The notes: a model not told the origin generated them from the sequence alone. Positions 27,206-35,838 are shown, numbered from the stretch's first letter. The stretch: 64,000 nucleotides of DNA from Actinomycetota bacterium (GCA_028698215.1 JAQVDY010000007.1:6579-70578), one strand, 5' to 3'. Translations and numbers: made by a program.

Positions 27206-28297
27206 ATGAAAAAATCAGTAGTTAAATTTGCCTCCATGGAGTATGACCGGCTGGACGCCCAGGCTACTCTGCCTGCAAAACTGGAAAGGCTGCTTCTTTC
27301 AATAAATTTAAAAGATATGGTAGAAGATAAATCAGTTGCCCTGAAGATGCATCTGGGCACCAACCTGGGCTATACCACCATCCATCCCTTATTTGTAAAA
27401 ATTATAGTAGACCAGTTAAAAAAAGCAGGAGGCAGGGTTTTTATAACTGACCTGGATTCCTCAGTGGCCAGCGCCAAGGACAGGGGATATGGGGAAGCGG
27501 TCCTGGGTATCCCGCTTATATCTACCACCGGGCTTTTTGACAAGTATTATTACGACCATCCGGTTGATTTTAAAACCCTGGACAAGGTACAGGTAGCCGG
27601 ACACATCCAGGATGCAGATGTTTTAATTGATTTTTCCCATGTAAAAGGCCACGGAGTCTGTGCCTATGGCGGGGCCTGCAAAAATATTGCTATGGGATGC
27701 GTTACCAGGAAAACCAGGAGGGATCTCCATGCATTGGAAGGCGGAATAAACTGGAACCGGGACCTTTGCAGCCATTGCTATACCTGTGTGGATTCATGCC
27801 GATACAATGCGAATAAATTTGATGATGATGGCAACTATGAAATTTTTTACCATGACTGTACTTACTGCCAGCATTGCATAGATGTTTGCCCCAATGAAGC
27901 CCTTACCCTGGTGGGGAAAAAATATGAGGATTTTCAGGAAGGCATGGCCATAGCTACCCAGAAGGTGCTGGAAACATTTGATAAGGGCAGTGTTTACTAT
28001 ATAAACTTTTTGCTTAACATAACTATACTTTGTGACTGCTGGGGTTTTTCTACTCCTTCCCTGGTACCGGACATCGGTATACTGGCTTCTGATGACATGG
28101 TAGCCATTGAACAGGCTTCGCTGGATTTAATTGATGATGCTAAACTCCTTGCCGGGTCCCTGCCTAAAGGAAGGGAGCTGGCCCCGGGAGATCATTTATT
28201 TGAAAAAATTCATGGCAAGGATCCTTATCTACAGATACAAAAGCTGAAAAACAGGGGGCTGGGAAATGATAATTACAATTTGGAAGAAATCAAATAG
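27206..28297 (+). CDS. DUF362-domain protein with 4Fe-4S ferredoxin motifs
   Basis: 363 aa; DUF362 N-terminal region (KMHLGTNLGYTTIHP, HVKGHG) followed by two CxxCxxCxxxCP clusters. Confidence 0.6.
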   Translation: MKKSVVKFASMEYDRLDAQATLPAKLERLLLSINLKDMVEDKSVALKMHLGTNLGYTTIHPLFVKIIVDQLKKAGGRVFITDLDSSVASAKDRGYGEAVLGIPLISTTGLFDKYYYDHPVDFKTLDKVQVAGHIQDADVLIDFSHVKGHGVCAYGGACKNIAMGCVTRKTRRDLHALEGGINWNRDLCSHCYTCVDSCRYNANKFDDDGNYEIFYHDCTYCQHCIDVCPNEALTLVGKKYEDFQEGMAIATQKVLETFDKGSVYYINFLLNITILCDCWGFSTPSLVPDIGILASDDMVAIEQASLDLIDDAKLLAGSLPKGRELAPGDHLFEKIHGKDPYLQIQKLKNRGLGNDNYNLEEIK

Positions 28298-29482
28298 ATG
28301 GGCCTAAAAAACATGGCAGGTTCTTTTTTATGGATATTATTATGCCTGTATGGCGTATTGATGCTTAGTATAGTTATATTCGGAATAGGGGTAAAACCGG
28401 CTTACAGCAATGAAGCGGTTAGCCTGTTTGGAATACCATTTTTACAGAAAGCTGCCGGCTATAGCGCTATAAAGTGGCTACCGTATGTCCTGGATAAAAT
28501 AATTTGGGCCGGATTCGTTTTTATTTTTTTACGGATAGCCAGGTCAGGCAGCTACACATCCATAAAAGCTATTATTTTTCTGGCATTATTTCTGATAATA
28601 ATGTATGCAGTTACTTTCCCCCTGAGCTGGTGGCGGGGATTTCTGATTGAAAAAAGTTTCGGCTTATCCAGCCAATCCCTGGGGGGCTGGCTTCTGGATT
28701 ACGGCAAGTCAGTTATGGTATCCTTTCTACTCTCCTTTGCCGGTTACTGCGGCCTGTATTTTTTAATAGGCCATTTTCCCCGCAACTGGTGGCTGCTGGC
28801 CTGGGCAGCTTTACTGTTGTTTTCACTAATATCAACCATACTATATCCACTGGTAATAGATCCCCTCTTTTATAATTTTGAGCCTCTCCAAGACCAGGAA
28901 ATGGTAGCCAGCATAAAAGAGATGGGACATAAGGCGGGAATAAATATAGACCAGGTGCTGGTAGCTGATGCCAGCAGGCGGACGGTAAAAGCCAATGCTT
29001 ACTTTACAGGACTGGGCAGGACCAGGAGAATTGTTATTTATGACAATTTGCTTAACCGGTTTAGCTCTGACCAGGCATTGGCGGTGGTAGCCCATGAGAT
29101 AGGGCACTGGAAGTCGGGACACCTGCTTAAATGGTTACTTATTTCTGTGCCCGCCTTCTTTTTGTTTATGGCGGCGGCCTTTGGGATTACCAGGAGCCTG
29201 GGCGGAAAGGTATTGACCCAGGTAATGATAGTGATTGTACTATATGTTTTACTGTCTACAGTAGCCCTGCCGGTTCAGAACCTAATTTCCAGGAACTTTG
29301 AAAGGCAGGCTGACCAGGTAGCGCTGGAGCTTACCGGCAACCCCCAGGCCCTAGTGGACCTGTATGTAAATTTAGCCCAAACCAATTACTCTAATGTAGA
29401 GCCCCACCCCTTAACCAGGAGCTTGTGGTATAGCCATCCTCCCATCATGGAGAGGATAAGAGTGGCCAGAAACTATTATTGA
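28298..29482 (+). CDS. M48-family (Ste24/HtpX-like) zinc metalloprotease, membrane-bound
   Basis: 394 aa; multiple TM helices, HEIGHW(x)SGH zinc motif. Confidence 0.8.
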   Translation: MGLKNMAGSFLWILLCLYGVLMLSIVIFGIGVKPAYSNEAVSLFGIPFLQKAAGYSAIKWLPYVLDKIIWAGFVFIFLRIARSGSYTSIKAIIFLALFLIIMYAVTFPLSWWRGFLIEKSFGLSSQSLGGWLLDYGKSVMVSFLLSFAGYCGLYFLIGHFPRNWWLLAWAALLLFSLISTILYPLVIDPLFYNFEPLQDQEMVASIKEMGHKAGINIDQVLVADASRRTVKANAYFTGLGRTRRIVIYDNLLNRFSSDQALAVVAHEIGHWKSGHLLKWLLISVPAFFLFMAAAFGITRSLGGKVLTQVMIVIVLYVLLSTVALPVQNLISRNFERQADQVALELTGNPQALVDLYVNLAQTNYSNVEPHPLTRSLWYSHPPIMERIRVARNYY

Positions 29483-30126
29483 TTATGCCGGTTATGGTGT
29501 TTCTGGCCGTATCGGTTTTGGTACCCGCTGTTAATGTTTTCAATATCTTGCAGGATCTGGTCCTGATTTTCAGCCGACAGGCATCCGTATTGCTTGCACT
29601 GGCCGTATTGTTGTTCAATATTTTCCATAACCTGGTCAGCCAGCTGCTGGGGAGTATCTTCGGAGGCCATAACCTGCCTGGCTTCTTCTATTCTCTTGTT
29701 CAGCATATTAAGATGAAGTTTTGGCTTCTGGGAAGAAGGATAAATAAATAGCTGTACCTCTTCCACCGTTCTTTTAACCGGATAAAGCGCCTGGCCCGGT
29801 ATGCTGCCCTGGGATGCATAGGCGGTACCGGCAAAAGAGAAAGAGACAACTATGAAGGCAGTAAGAAAAGCAATGGCCGGTTTTAGCCATCCTGCCCTTA
29901 TCCTTTTTGGCGGAACCTGGCTTAGTGCTTGCTGCAGGGCGGATTTTAGAAAATTTTCATCAGGCTGCAATGATTTTAAGCCTTGAACCTGCATGGCGCT
30001 TTTAAGGTATGGTTCCAGCTCTTCCCGGCAGCAGCTGTATTTTTCCAGGCAATAAGAAATACTGTATCCTTTCTTTAAAAGGACCAGGCATTTTTCCGTT
30101 ATATTTTGTATTTGTTTTTTATTCAT
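29476..30126 (-). CDS. Anti-sigma factor (single TM, Cys-containing N-terminal domain)
   Basis: 216 aa; 8-nt overlap with the upstream ECF sigma gene; N-terminal Cys cluster (C..C...CC), central TM helix, extracytoplasmic C-terminus. Confidence 0.55.
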   Translation of the reverse strand: MNKKQIQNITEKCLVLLKKGYSISYCLEKYSCCREELEPYLKSAMQVQGLKSLQPDENFLKSALQQALSQVPPKRIRAGWLKPAIAFLTAFIVVSFSFAGTAYASQGSIPGQALYPVKRTVEEVQLFIYPSSQKPKLHLNMLNKRIEEARQVMASEDTPQQLADQVMENIEQQYGQCKQYGCLSAENQDQILQDIENINSGYQNRYGQKHHNRHNQ

Positions 30127-30679
30127 TTTCCTGTATATATTTCCTTAAAGCATCCAGGGCCCTGAATACTATGCCCCTTAATGTATTCTGCCTTTTACCG
30201 GTTATCCTGGATATCAGCTTATAGTCAAAGTCTTCTACCAGCTTTAGTACCACTACTTCCCTCTGCAGGTCGGTGAGCCTGGACAAAGCTTTAAATAATT
30301 TTTCATTTTTTATGCCCAGTTCCAGGAAAAGGTAAGTGCTGTTATCAATTAAACCATTGTGTTTACCAGGTTCCTGTCCTTTATCCGGAGAGGGATTTCT
30401 GGTTTCTCTATCCTGTTTACGGTAGTAATCGATAAGAAGATTCCTGGCTACCTTGTAAAGCCAGGCAAAAAATTGCCGGCTGTTAAATTTTTTGCTGTTC
30501 AGGTTGCTGTAAGCCCTTAAGGCCAGCTGGCTGCATATATCTTCTGCCTCCTGCCTGTTTCCGGTACGATAATAACAATACCGGAACAGCGGTGGCATAA
30601 ACTGGCGGTAAATCTTTTCAAACCAGATCCGGTCCCCGCTTTTTTTATACTGTCTAAGGTATAAGTCTAAATTTTCCAA
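30119..30679 (-). CDS. ECF-subfamily sigma-70 factor
   Basis: 186 aa; region 2 (FRYCYYRTGNRQEAEDI) and region 4 HTH (LTDLQREVVVLKLVEDFDYKLISRITG). Confidence 0.8.
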   Translation of the reverse strand: MENLDLYLRQYKKSGDRIWFEKIYRQFMPPLFRYCYYRTGNRQEAEDICSQLALRAYSNLNSKKFNSRQFFAWLYKVARNLLIDYYRKQDRETRNPSPDKGQEPGKHNGLIDNSTYLFLELGIKNEKLFKALSRLTDLQREVVVLKLVEDFDYKLISRITGKRQNTLRGIVFRALDALRKYIQENE

Positions 30680-30724
30680 TTATTGTTTCCAGTTGGTTTT
30701 TACCAGATATTATACCTTATTTGC

Positions 30725-31033
30725 TCATATCTTTTCACAGCCATTATTCTTTAACGTCTTAAAGGACCGTTTAAAGTAACAAACTATGGTACTTCCATTT
30801 AACATCAGGTGAAAAACGACCATAGCTATAAGCAATATGGAGCTCCAGTCATGGAACAATTTCAAGGAACTTCTAGAGGCCAGATCCAGTATACTGGCTC
30901 CAGCCCCCTGTCCGGCCCGGGTACCGGGACCGGATGGGGTAACCATCAATACTATTCCGGTTAGGGCGCTGATCAGCATAAAGAACAGCAAAAAAATATC
31001 TATGATTATTTTTAACTTAATTTTTAGTCTCAA
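30725..31033 (-). CDS. Small membrane protein with bis-His TM helix (DUF4405-like)
   Basis: 102 aa; TTG start overlapping the upstream stop; two TM helices, H-x13-H in helix 2; VLMVT motif shared with the 33478 ORF. Confidence 0.45.
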   Translation of the reverse strand: MRLKIKLKIIIDIFLLFFMLISALTGIVLMVTPSGPGTRAGQGAGASILDLASRSSLKLFHDWSSILLIAMVVFHLMLNGSTIVCYFKRSFKTLKNNGCEKI

Positions 31034-31365
31034 TTATTTCTGCCTCGTCTGCCCTGGCCTAACTGGTTAGTCCTTAATTGCTGGCACTGCTGCTGCAGCT
31101 GCGGGCATTGCCCATCTTCTGACAATCTTTCCTGGTTTCTAAGCTGCTGGCACTCTCCATCGCAATCCTGGTTATCCTGATTGTATTGATACCTGTACTC
31201 ATGGCGTTCCTGCTGGCATAAAGCCTTATCCTGGCCACAAATACAATCGGAATAAGCGGCCTGGTTTTGTCCTTGTTTCTCATTATTGTAGGCATATATA
31301 AAGCCTGCGGAACTGAGAAGCACCACTGCCGCTATAGCCACTGCTATTACTGCTTTCTTAATCAT
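31030..31365 (-). CDS. Small secreted Cys- and Gln-rich protein
   Basis: 111 aa; signal peptide MIKKAVIAVAIAAVVLLSSAGFIYA, 8 Cys and many Gln, C-terminal GRRGRNN; AAGGAA RBS. Confidence 0.5.
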   Translation of the reverse strand: MIKKAVIAVAIAAVVLLSSAGFIYAYNNEKQGQNQAAYSDCICGQDKALCQQERHEYRYQYNQDNQDCDGECQQLRNQERLSEDGQCPQLQQQCQQLRTNQLGQGRRGRNN

Positions 31366-31518
31366 CCTGTATTCCTTTCGTTCCTGTTTATTATATATAA
31401 ACGCAGGAGAAGCTAATTTTGTTAGGGCAAGTTTATTTATTTAAAATTTGATTGCTTTAGACTTTTACTTTTATGGTTATAATATAATTAATGTAACAAG
31501 TCTTATAAGGGGCAGTAA

Positions 31519-32811
31519 TTGATAAAAAAATTAATGGTGGGAATATGCACTATACTTTTTTTAGCTGTAGTTAGCTGCAGCCCCCAGGCAGCGGAACCAG
31601 TAACCACGCCAATAGAAGAGGATTCTCCATCTTTGCCGGAAACTGAAGTGGAAAACAGGGTAATATATATGGAGATTGGTACCGATGTCCAATCCAATCA
31701 TTTTGAACACAGGGTGGCCAACATTTACAGCATAAGGGTAGATGGCTCGGGCCAGGAATTGATATTTTCGGATATGGATTATCCCTGGGACTTGGGTAGG
31801 GTATATAGTGTTTCCCCCGACGGCAATAAGATAGCAGTATCCTTCTTTGAGGGTGGGAGGGGAGCTTATAGCAGTTTATCCATTATTGATATGAACACGG
31901 GCCAGGTGGAGACAGCGGCAGAATTTGATTATACCCAGTCTGAAAATGTTGATCTTATTAAGCAGCTGTATGGAGAGCCGGTATGGTCTTTAGACAGTAC
32001 TACGCTGGCGTATGAGGTAATAAATGTGCCTACAGAACCTGAACCAGGAAGATATTATACCGACTGGGTACAGCTGTATGTTTTGGGCTCGGGCCAGGCA
32101 GAGCAGGTTATTCCAAGGATAGGGGGAATGTGCGCCACTAAACTGACTTTTATGCAGCCGGTACTTTTTCTGCCGGATGGGCAACTGGCAGTGGTCTACC
32201 ATGCTTACTACAGTAATGAGAAAGACCCTTATGACATCTATTCTATAAATGAGGAAGTGTATCTGATGGATTTGGAAACGGCGGATATAAGCATGATTAT
32301 AAATGCAAAAGATTTTGAGCAGGTAGAAGCAGTGCAAAGTTTTTCCAATTTTAAATGGTGGGATGGCAAAATAGTATTTGAACTTCTGGGAGACTTTGAA
32401 GAAGATGGCGATGTATATGCCTATCTTCCTGCTGACCGCAAGATAGAAGCGGTTACTTCGGATCCTGATTTAAGGGAGCAGCAGCCGGACAGCAGCAAAG
32501 ATTTGCTGTGCTATGTAGGGGTTCCCAGGTATGGAACCATTTCCTATCAAAACCCAGCCGGCGATATTTATATCAGGCAGGGCAGTGATTTGAGCAAGGT
32601 AAGTGAAAACAGCAAATCAAGCCAGCCCCTATTTTCACCAGATGGAAATTTCATAGCTTATGTTGAATATGAATATGATCAAAATTATGAATACATTAAA
32701 GGCAGGACAATCAAATCCTATAATGTAGGAACAGGCCAAACCGAAGAAGCAGTATTTTCCGAACAGATAATAGAACTGGCAGGCTGGGCTGTTCTGGAAC
32801 AGGAGAAATAA
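31519..32811 (+). CDS. Lipoprotein with PD40/TolB-like beta-propeller repeats
   Basis: 430 aa; lipobox AVVSC; recurring SPDGN(K/F)IA motifs typical of PD40 repeats. Confidence 0.5.
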   Translation: MIKKLMVGICTILFLAVVSCSPQAAEPVTTPIEEDSPSLPETEVENRVIYMEIGTDVQSNHFEHRVANIYSIRVDGSGQELIFSDMDYPWDLGRVYSVSPDGNKIAVSFFEGGRGAYSSLSIIDMNTGQVETAAEFDYTQSENVDLIKQLYGEPVWSLDSTTLAYEVINVPTEPEPGRYYTDWVQLYVLGSGQAEQVIPRIGGMCATKLTFMQPVLFLPDGQLAVVYHAYYSNEKDPYDIYSINEEVYLMDLETADISMIINAKDFEQVEAVQSFSNFKWWDGKIVFELLGDFEEDGDVYAYLPADRKIEAVTSDPDLREQQPDSSKDLLCYVGVPRYGTISYQNPAGDIYIRQGSDLSKVSENSKSSQPLFSPDGNFIAYVEYEYDQNYEYIKGRTIKSYNVGTGQTEEAVFSEQIIELAGWAVLEQEK

Positions 32812-33485
32812 TGAAATTGATTCTTAAAGAGAAGACCCAAAACGCAAAAGATGTATTTTCCTTTAAATTTAACCCCCAGCAGCATTTCGACTGGGTGCCG
32901 GGGCAATATGTGCAGGTAGTGCTCCCCCATAAAAATCCTGATAACAGGGGAATAAAAAGGTTTTTTTCCATTGCGTCTGCTCCGCAGGAGAAAATCATTA
33001 TGATAACCACCAGGATAATGGAGGAAGGGGGCAGTACTTTTAAGGCCAGGCTGATGGAACTAAAACCAGGCGCTTTTATGGAAGCTTCGAAACCCCGGGG
33101 TGATTTTAAGGTAGCTGATGCTGATAAAAGGCAGGTAATGATTGCAGGAGGAATAGGTATTACTCCCTTCAGGTCAATTTTACTGGATTTGGACTACAGG
33201 CATAAATTAAAAGATATAATCTTGCTTTATGCCTCCAGGGATAATCCCCCCATATTTTATGAAGAATTAGAAAAACTTGATAAAAAAAATAAGGGTTTTA
33301 AACTCATAATACCGGAAGTTACCATAGATTCCGGGGTAATAGCCCGGGAGATAGGAGACTTAAAAGATACCCTCTATATGGTGTCAGGCCCTGCAGGAAT
33401 GGTAAAAGCGCTAGGGCAGCAGCTGGAAGGGCTGGGGGTAGAACCCCAAAACATCAAAAAAGATTTCTTCCCCGGTTATGATTAA
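32811..33485 (+). CDS. Fre-like NAD(P)H:flavin reductase (FNR fold)
   Basis: 224 aa; RFFSIASAP (compare E. coli Fre RPFSMASTP), MIAGGIGITPFRSIL NAD-binding motif. Confidence 0.7.
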   Translation: MKLILKEKTQNAKDVFSFKFNPQQHFDWVPGQYVQVVLPHKNPDNRGIKRFFSIASAPQEKIIMITTRIMEEGGSTFKARLMELKPGAFMEASKPRGDFKVADADKRQVMIAGGIGITPFRSILLDLDYRHKLKDIILLYASRDNPPIFYEELEKLDKKNKGFKLIIPEVTIDSGVIAREIGDLKDTLYMVSGPAGMVKALGQQLEGLGVEPQNIKKDFFPGYD

Positions 33486-33792
33486 AAAGGAAAGATTTTT
33501 AAAAAAACTGAACCGTATACTGGGATATTTGCTAATACCGGCATTTGTGGTGCTTATGGTTACCGGCTACCGTCAGCTGGGTTATTTTACTTTTTTTACC
33601 CGGGGCACGGCTAACCTTTTACACCAGGTTTATATCAATATAGTGTTTTTAATATTGTTTACCATGCATGCAGGCCTCAGCCTAAGGGCTTCTTTGGCCC
33701 GGAATAAGGTTAAGGGGAAAGCAGTAGACCTGTTGCTATTAGTCTGCGGCCTGCTGTTTATATTGGCTTTTTCTTATTTTGCCTTATCATGA
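33478..33792 (+). CDS. Small membrane protein with bis-His TM helix (DUF4405-like)
   Basis: 104 aa; 3 TM helices, H-x14-H within a helix. Confidence 0.45.
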   Translation: MIKKERFLKKLNRILGYLLIPAFVVLMVTGYRQLGYFTFFTRGTANLLHQVYINIVFLILFTMHAGLSLRASLARNKVKGKAVDLLLLVCGLLFILAFSYFALS

Positions 33793-34967
33793 ATAAAAAA
33801 ATTTTCTACATTTTAGCGGTAGTGGCAGCGGCAGGATTGTTAGCCCTGCTCATATATTCCATAGCACAGGACAGGCAGGAACAGGCCAGCCTGGATCAAG
33901 GCTTTAATTTTGAGGATATAGATATAAGCCAGATAGGAAATGACAGCGAGTTTGCCTCAGCATTACCGGAGTACCGAATTCTTTTTAACGGTTTGGTAAA
34001 AGAAGAAGTGGAACTGAATTTGGTACAGATCATTGAAAAATATTTGCATCTGGCAGAAACCAGGATAGTTCATGGAGTGCGTTCCGATGGGGAGCAAGTG
34101 GATATAGAATACACCGGCTTGGACCTGCGGTATTTGCTTGAAGATATAGAAATCCTGGATCAGGCCCAAAATATTATTGTTTATGGTACCGACCTTTATG
34201 CTGCCAATTTTACCTTAGAAGAGCTTAAGCAGGATATGATGCTGGTTTGGAAAAAGGAAGGCCAGTATATGGTTCCCAGCCAGGATGGTGTATTAAAAAT
34301 AGTTCAGCATAACGGGCCTACTTTTAAATGGGTCAAGAACCCGGTACTATTTAATATTATCCCAGAGCTGCAGGAAATGGCGGATGAAAGCGGGCAGCTG
34401 GATCCAGGGATTTTAGAGTTTGCGTCTGAGCAGACCATGTTTGTGCTTACCATAGGAATGGTGCCCCAGATAGACAGTAATGATTGGTCCCTAGCTATTG
34501 AAGGTTTGGTGGAAAAAGAGATGAGCCTAGATTACGGTCAACTTAAAAATATGCCCCAAGAGTCGGTATATGCTACCCTGGAGACCATCTCCAACCCCCA
34601 GGGAGGGCCCTTAATTGGAAATGCAGTTTGGTCGGGAGTCCCCCTGGCCTATATAATGGATATGGTTCAATACAGCCCCCAGACACAGGAAGTAGTATTT
34701 TACTGCACCGATGGTTATTCTACCAGCATAACCCTAGAGGAAGCCCTGCAGCCTGGAGTAATGCTGGCTTATGCCATGAATGGCCGGGATTTAAGTGCTG
34801 AACATGGTTTTCCGGTAAGGGCTGTAGTTCCATCCAAATACGGAATGAAATGGGCAAAATGGATTGAGAGGATAGAATTTGTAGATTATGATTATAAAGG
34901 GTATTGGGAAAGCAGGGGGTGGTCTGACTATGCAGGCAGGGATACCCCTGAGCAAAGATTTGAGTAA
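33789..34967 (+). CDS. Molybdopterin oxidoreductase of the sulfite-oxidase/MsrP(YedY) fold, membrane-anchored, with a degenerate internal domain duplication
   Basis: 392 aa; N-terminal TM anchor with no twin-Arg signal. C-terminal HGFPVRAVVPSKYGMKWAKWIERIEF matches the sulfite-oxidase-family signature. Residues about 60-195 align to residues about 225-390. Confidence 0.6.
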   Translation: MNKKIFYILAVVAAAGLLALLIYSIAQDRQEQASLDQGFNFEDIDISQIGNDSEFASALPEYRILFNGLVKEEVELNLVQIIEKYLHLAETRIVHGVRSDGEQVDIEYTGLDLRYLLEDIEILDQAQNIIVYGTDLYAANFTLEELKQDMMLVWKKEGQYMVPSQDGVLKIVQHNGPTFKWVKNPVLFNIIPELQEMADESGQLDPGILEFASEQTMFVLTIGMVPQIDSNDWSLAIEGLVEKEMSLDYGQLKNMPQESVYATLETISNPQGGPLIGNAVWSGVPLAYIMDMVQYSPQTQEVVFYCTDGYSTSITLEEALQPGVMLAYAMNGRDLSAEHGFPVRAVVPSKYGMKWAKWIERIEFVDYDYKGYWESRGWSDYAGRDTPEQRFE

Positions 34968-34976
34968 GGAGAAAGC

Positions 34977-35168
34977 GTGATTTATACCTACATACTGCCT
35001 TTGGGCATAACCGCCTACCTGTCTGTGCTGGTGGCTTTAGCCGGCTTGATTGGTTTTCGGTTAAAAAAAAGGAAAATCTATTACAAGATACACCGTATAG
35101 CAGGCATAGTAGCCATTGCAGCAGCTACCATACATGGAATTTTAGCCTTAATCTTTTACCTGGGTTAA
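34977..35168 (+). CDS. Small membrane protein with bis-His TM helix (DUF4405-like)
   Basis: 63 aa; GTG start 6 nt after AAGGAGAAAGC; two TM helices, H-x13-H (KIHRIAGIVAIAAATIHG). Confidence 0.45.
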   Translation: MIYTYILPLGITAYLSVLVALAGLIGFRLKKRKIYYKIHRIAGIVAIAAATIHGILALIFYLG

Positions 35169-35752
35169 TTTAAGCTGACAGAAACCGAAGATCTTTTGGA
35201 ATGCTTACTGTCAAAATCCGGGCTGTCGCTAACGGCTAAGATCATCTTGTAGGTTTGTCCCGGGATAAGCTCCTGGTCATATTCATCGCCTGAATCAAGT
35301 AAAATAACGAATTCAAAAGCATCGGGGCTGCCTGCATGTTCCTCTATGTCGCTGGTGCCGCCCAGTTCTGTATCCGGCTGATGGTCAAAGTTGGAAACAC
35401 CAAAATCATCCCTGATTAAGGCCTGGTCCTCTGAAAATGCCATCATGATTATGTTAGCGTCTTTCATGGCAAAACTGGGATTAAAACCAACTGCCGCCCA
35501 TCCAGGTCCTAAGCCGGTTATCCCCATGTATAGCAGGGTATTGTCCTGAGACCAGTAGACAGCAAGCCCGGTGGCGCTGTCCTCTACCAAAAACTGGTAT
35601 TCATTTTCCTCCACAACCCCGTTGGTATTTATGTTTTGTACCGTATATCCATCAGTGCCTGAGGATTGGACCTGGATCTCAGGCTGGCTGCAAGCAGATA
35701 ATACCAGCACAGAGGTTATTACCAGTATAGTTAAAGCAATATTTTTTTTCAC
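35165..35752 (-). CDS. Lipoprotein, DOMON-like (putative heme-binding extracytoplasmic domain)
   Basis: 195 aa; GTG start after GGAGG; lipobox LSAC; GPGWAAVGFNPSFAMKDANIIMMAF resembles the DOMON core. Confidence 0.4.
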   Translation of the reverse strand: MKKNIALTILVITSVLVLSACSQPEIQVQSSGTDGYTVQNINTNGVVEENEYQFLVEDSATGLAVYWSQDNTLLYMGITGLGPGWAAVGFNPSFAMKDANIIMMAFSEDQALIRDDFGVSNFDHQPDTELGGTSDIEEHAGSPDAFEFVILLDSGDEYDQELIPGQTYKMILAVSDSPDFDSKHSKRSSVSVSLN

Positions 35753-35825
35753 CTATCCTCCTATTATTGTTTAGTTCTAAATTAGCATAATTTTAATTTA
35801 GTTGAAATTAACTGATTATCAGAAA

Positions 35826-35838
35826 TATAATGATTATA
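35826..35838. promoter_or_regulatory. PerR/Fur-type operator-like palindrome TATAATGATTATA
   Basis: 6-1-6 perfect inverted repeat matching the Firmicutes PerR box TTATAATNATTATAA; lies in the divergent region between the DOMON lipoprotein and the prx-dfx-ftn-fprA genes. Confidence 0.4.

Noticed and set aside
31366-31450. ECF-type promoter (GAAC…CGT) upstream of the secreted-peptide gene
   Set aside because: Only a partial match (AACAAA-17-CGTTTA) and the spacing is uncertain. The one clear GGAAC lies 15 nt from the start codon, too close to be a -35 element.
35737-35752. A8 homopolymer at codons 2-4 of the DOMON lipoprotein gene (and a similar A8 at the start of the sbcC-like gene at 52205-52213) as slipped-strand phase-variation tracts
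   Set aside because: Runs of 8 A/T are frequent throughout this AT-rich sequence and simply encode Lys-Lys. There is no supporting evidence for phase variation.
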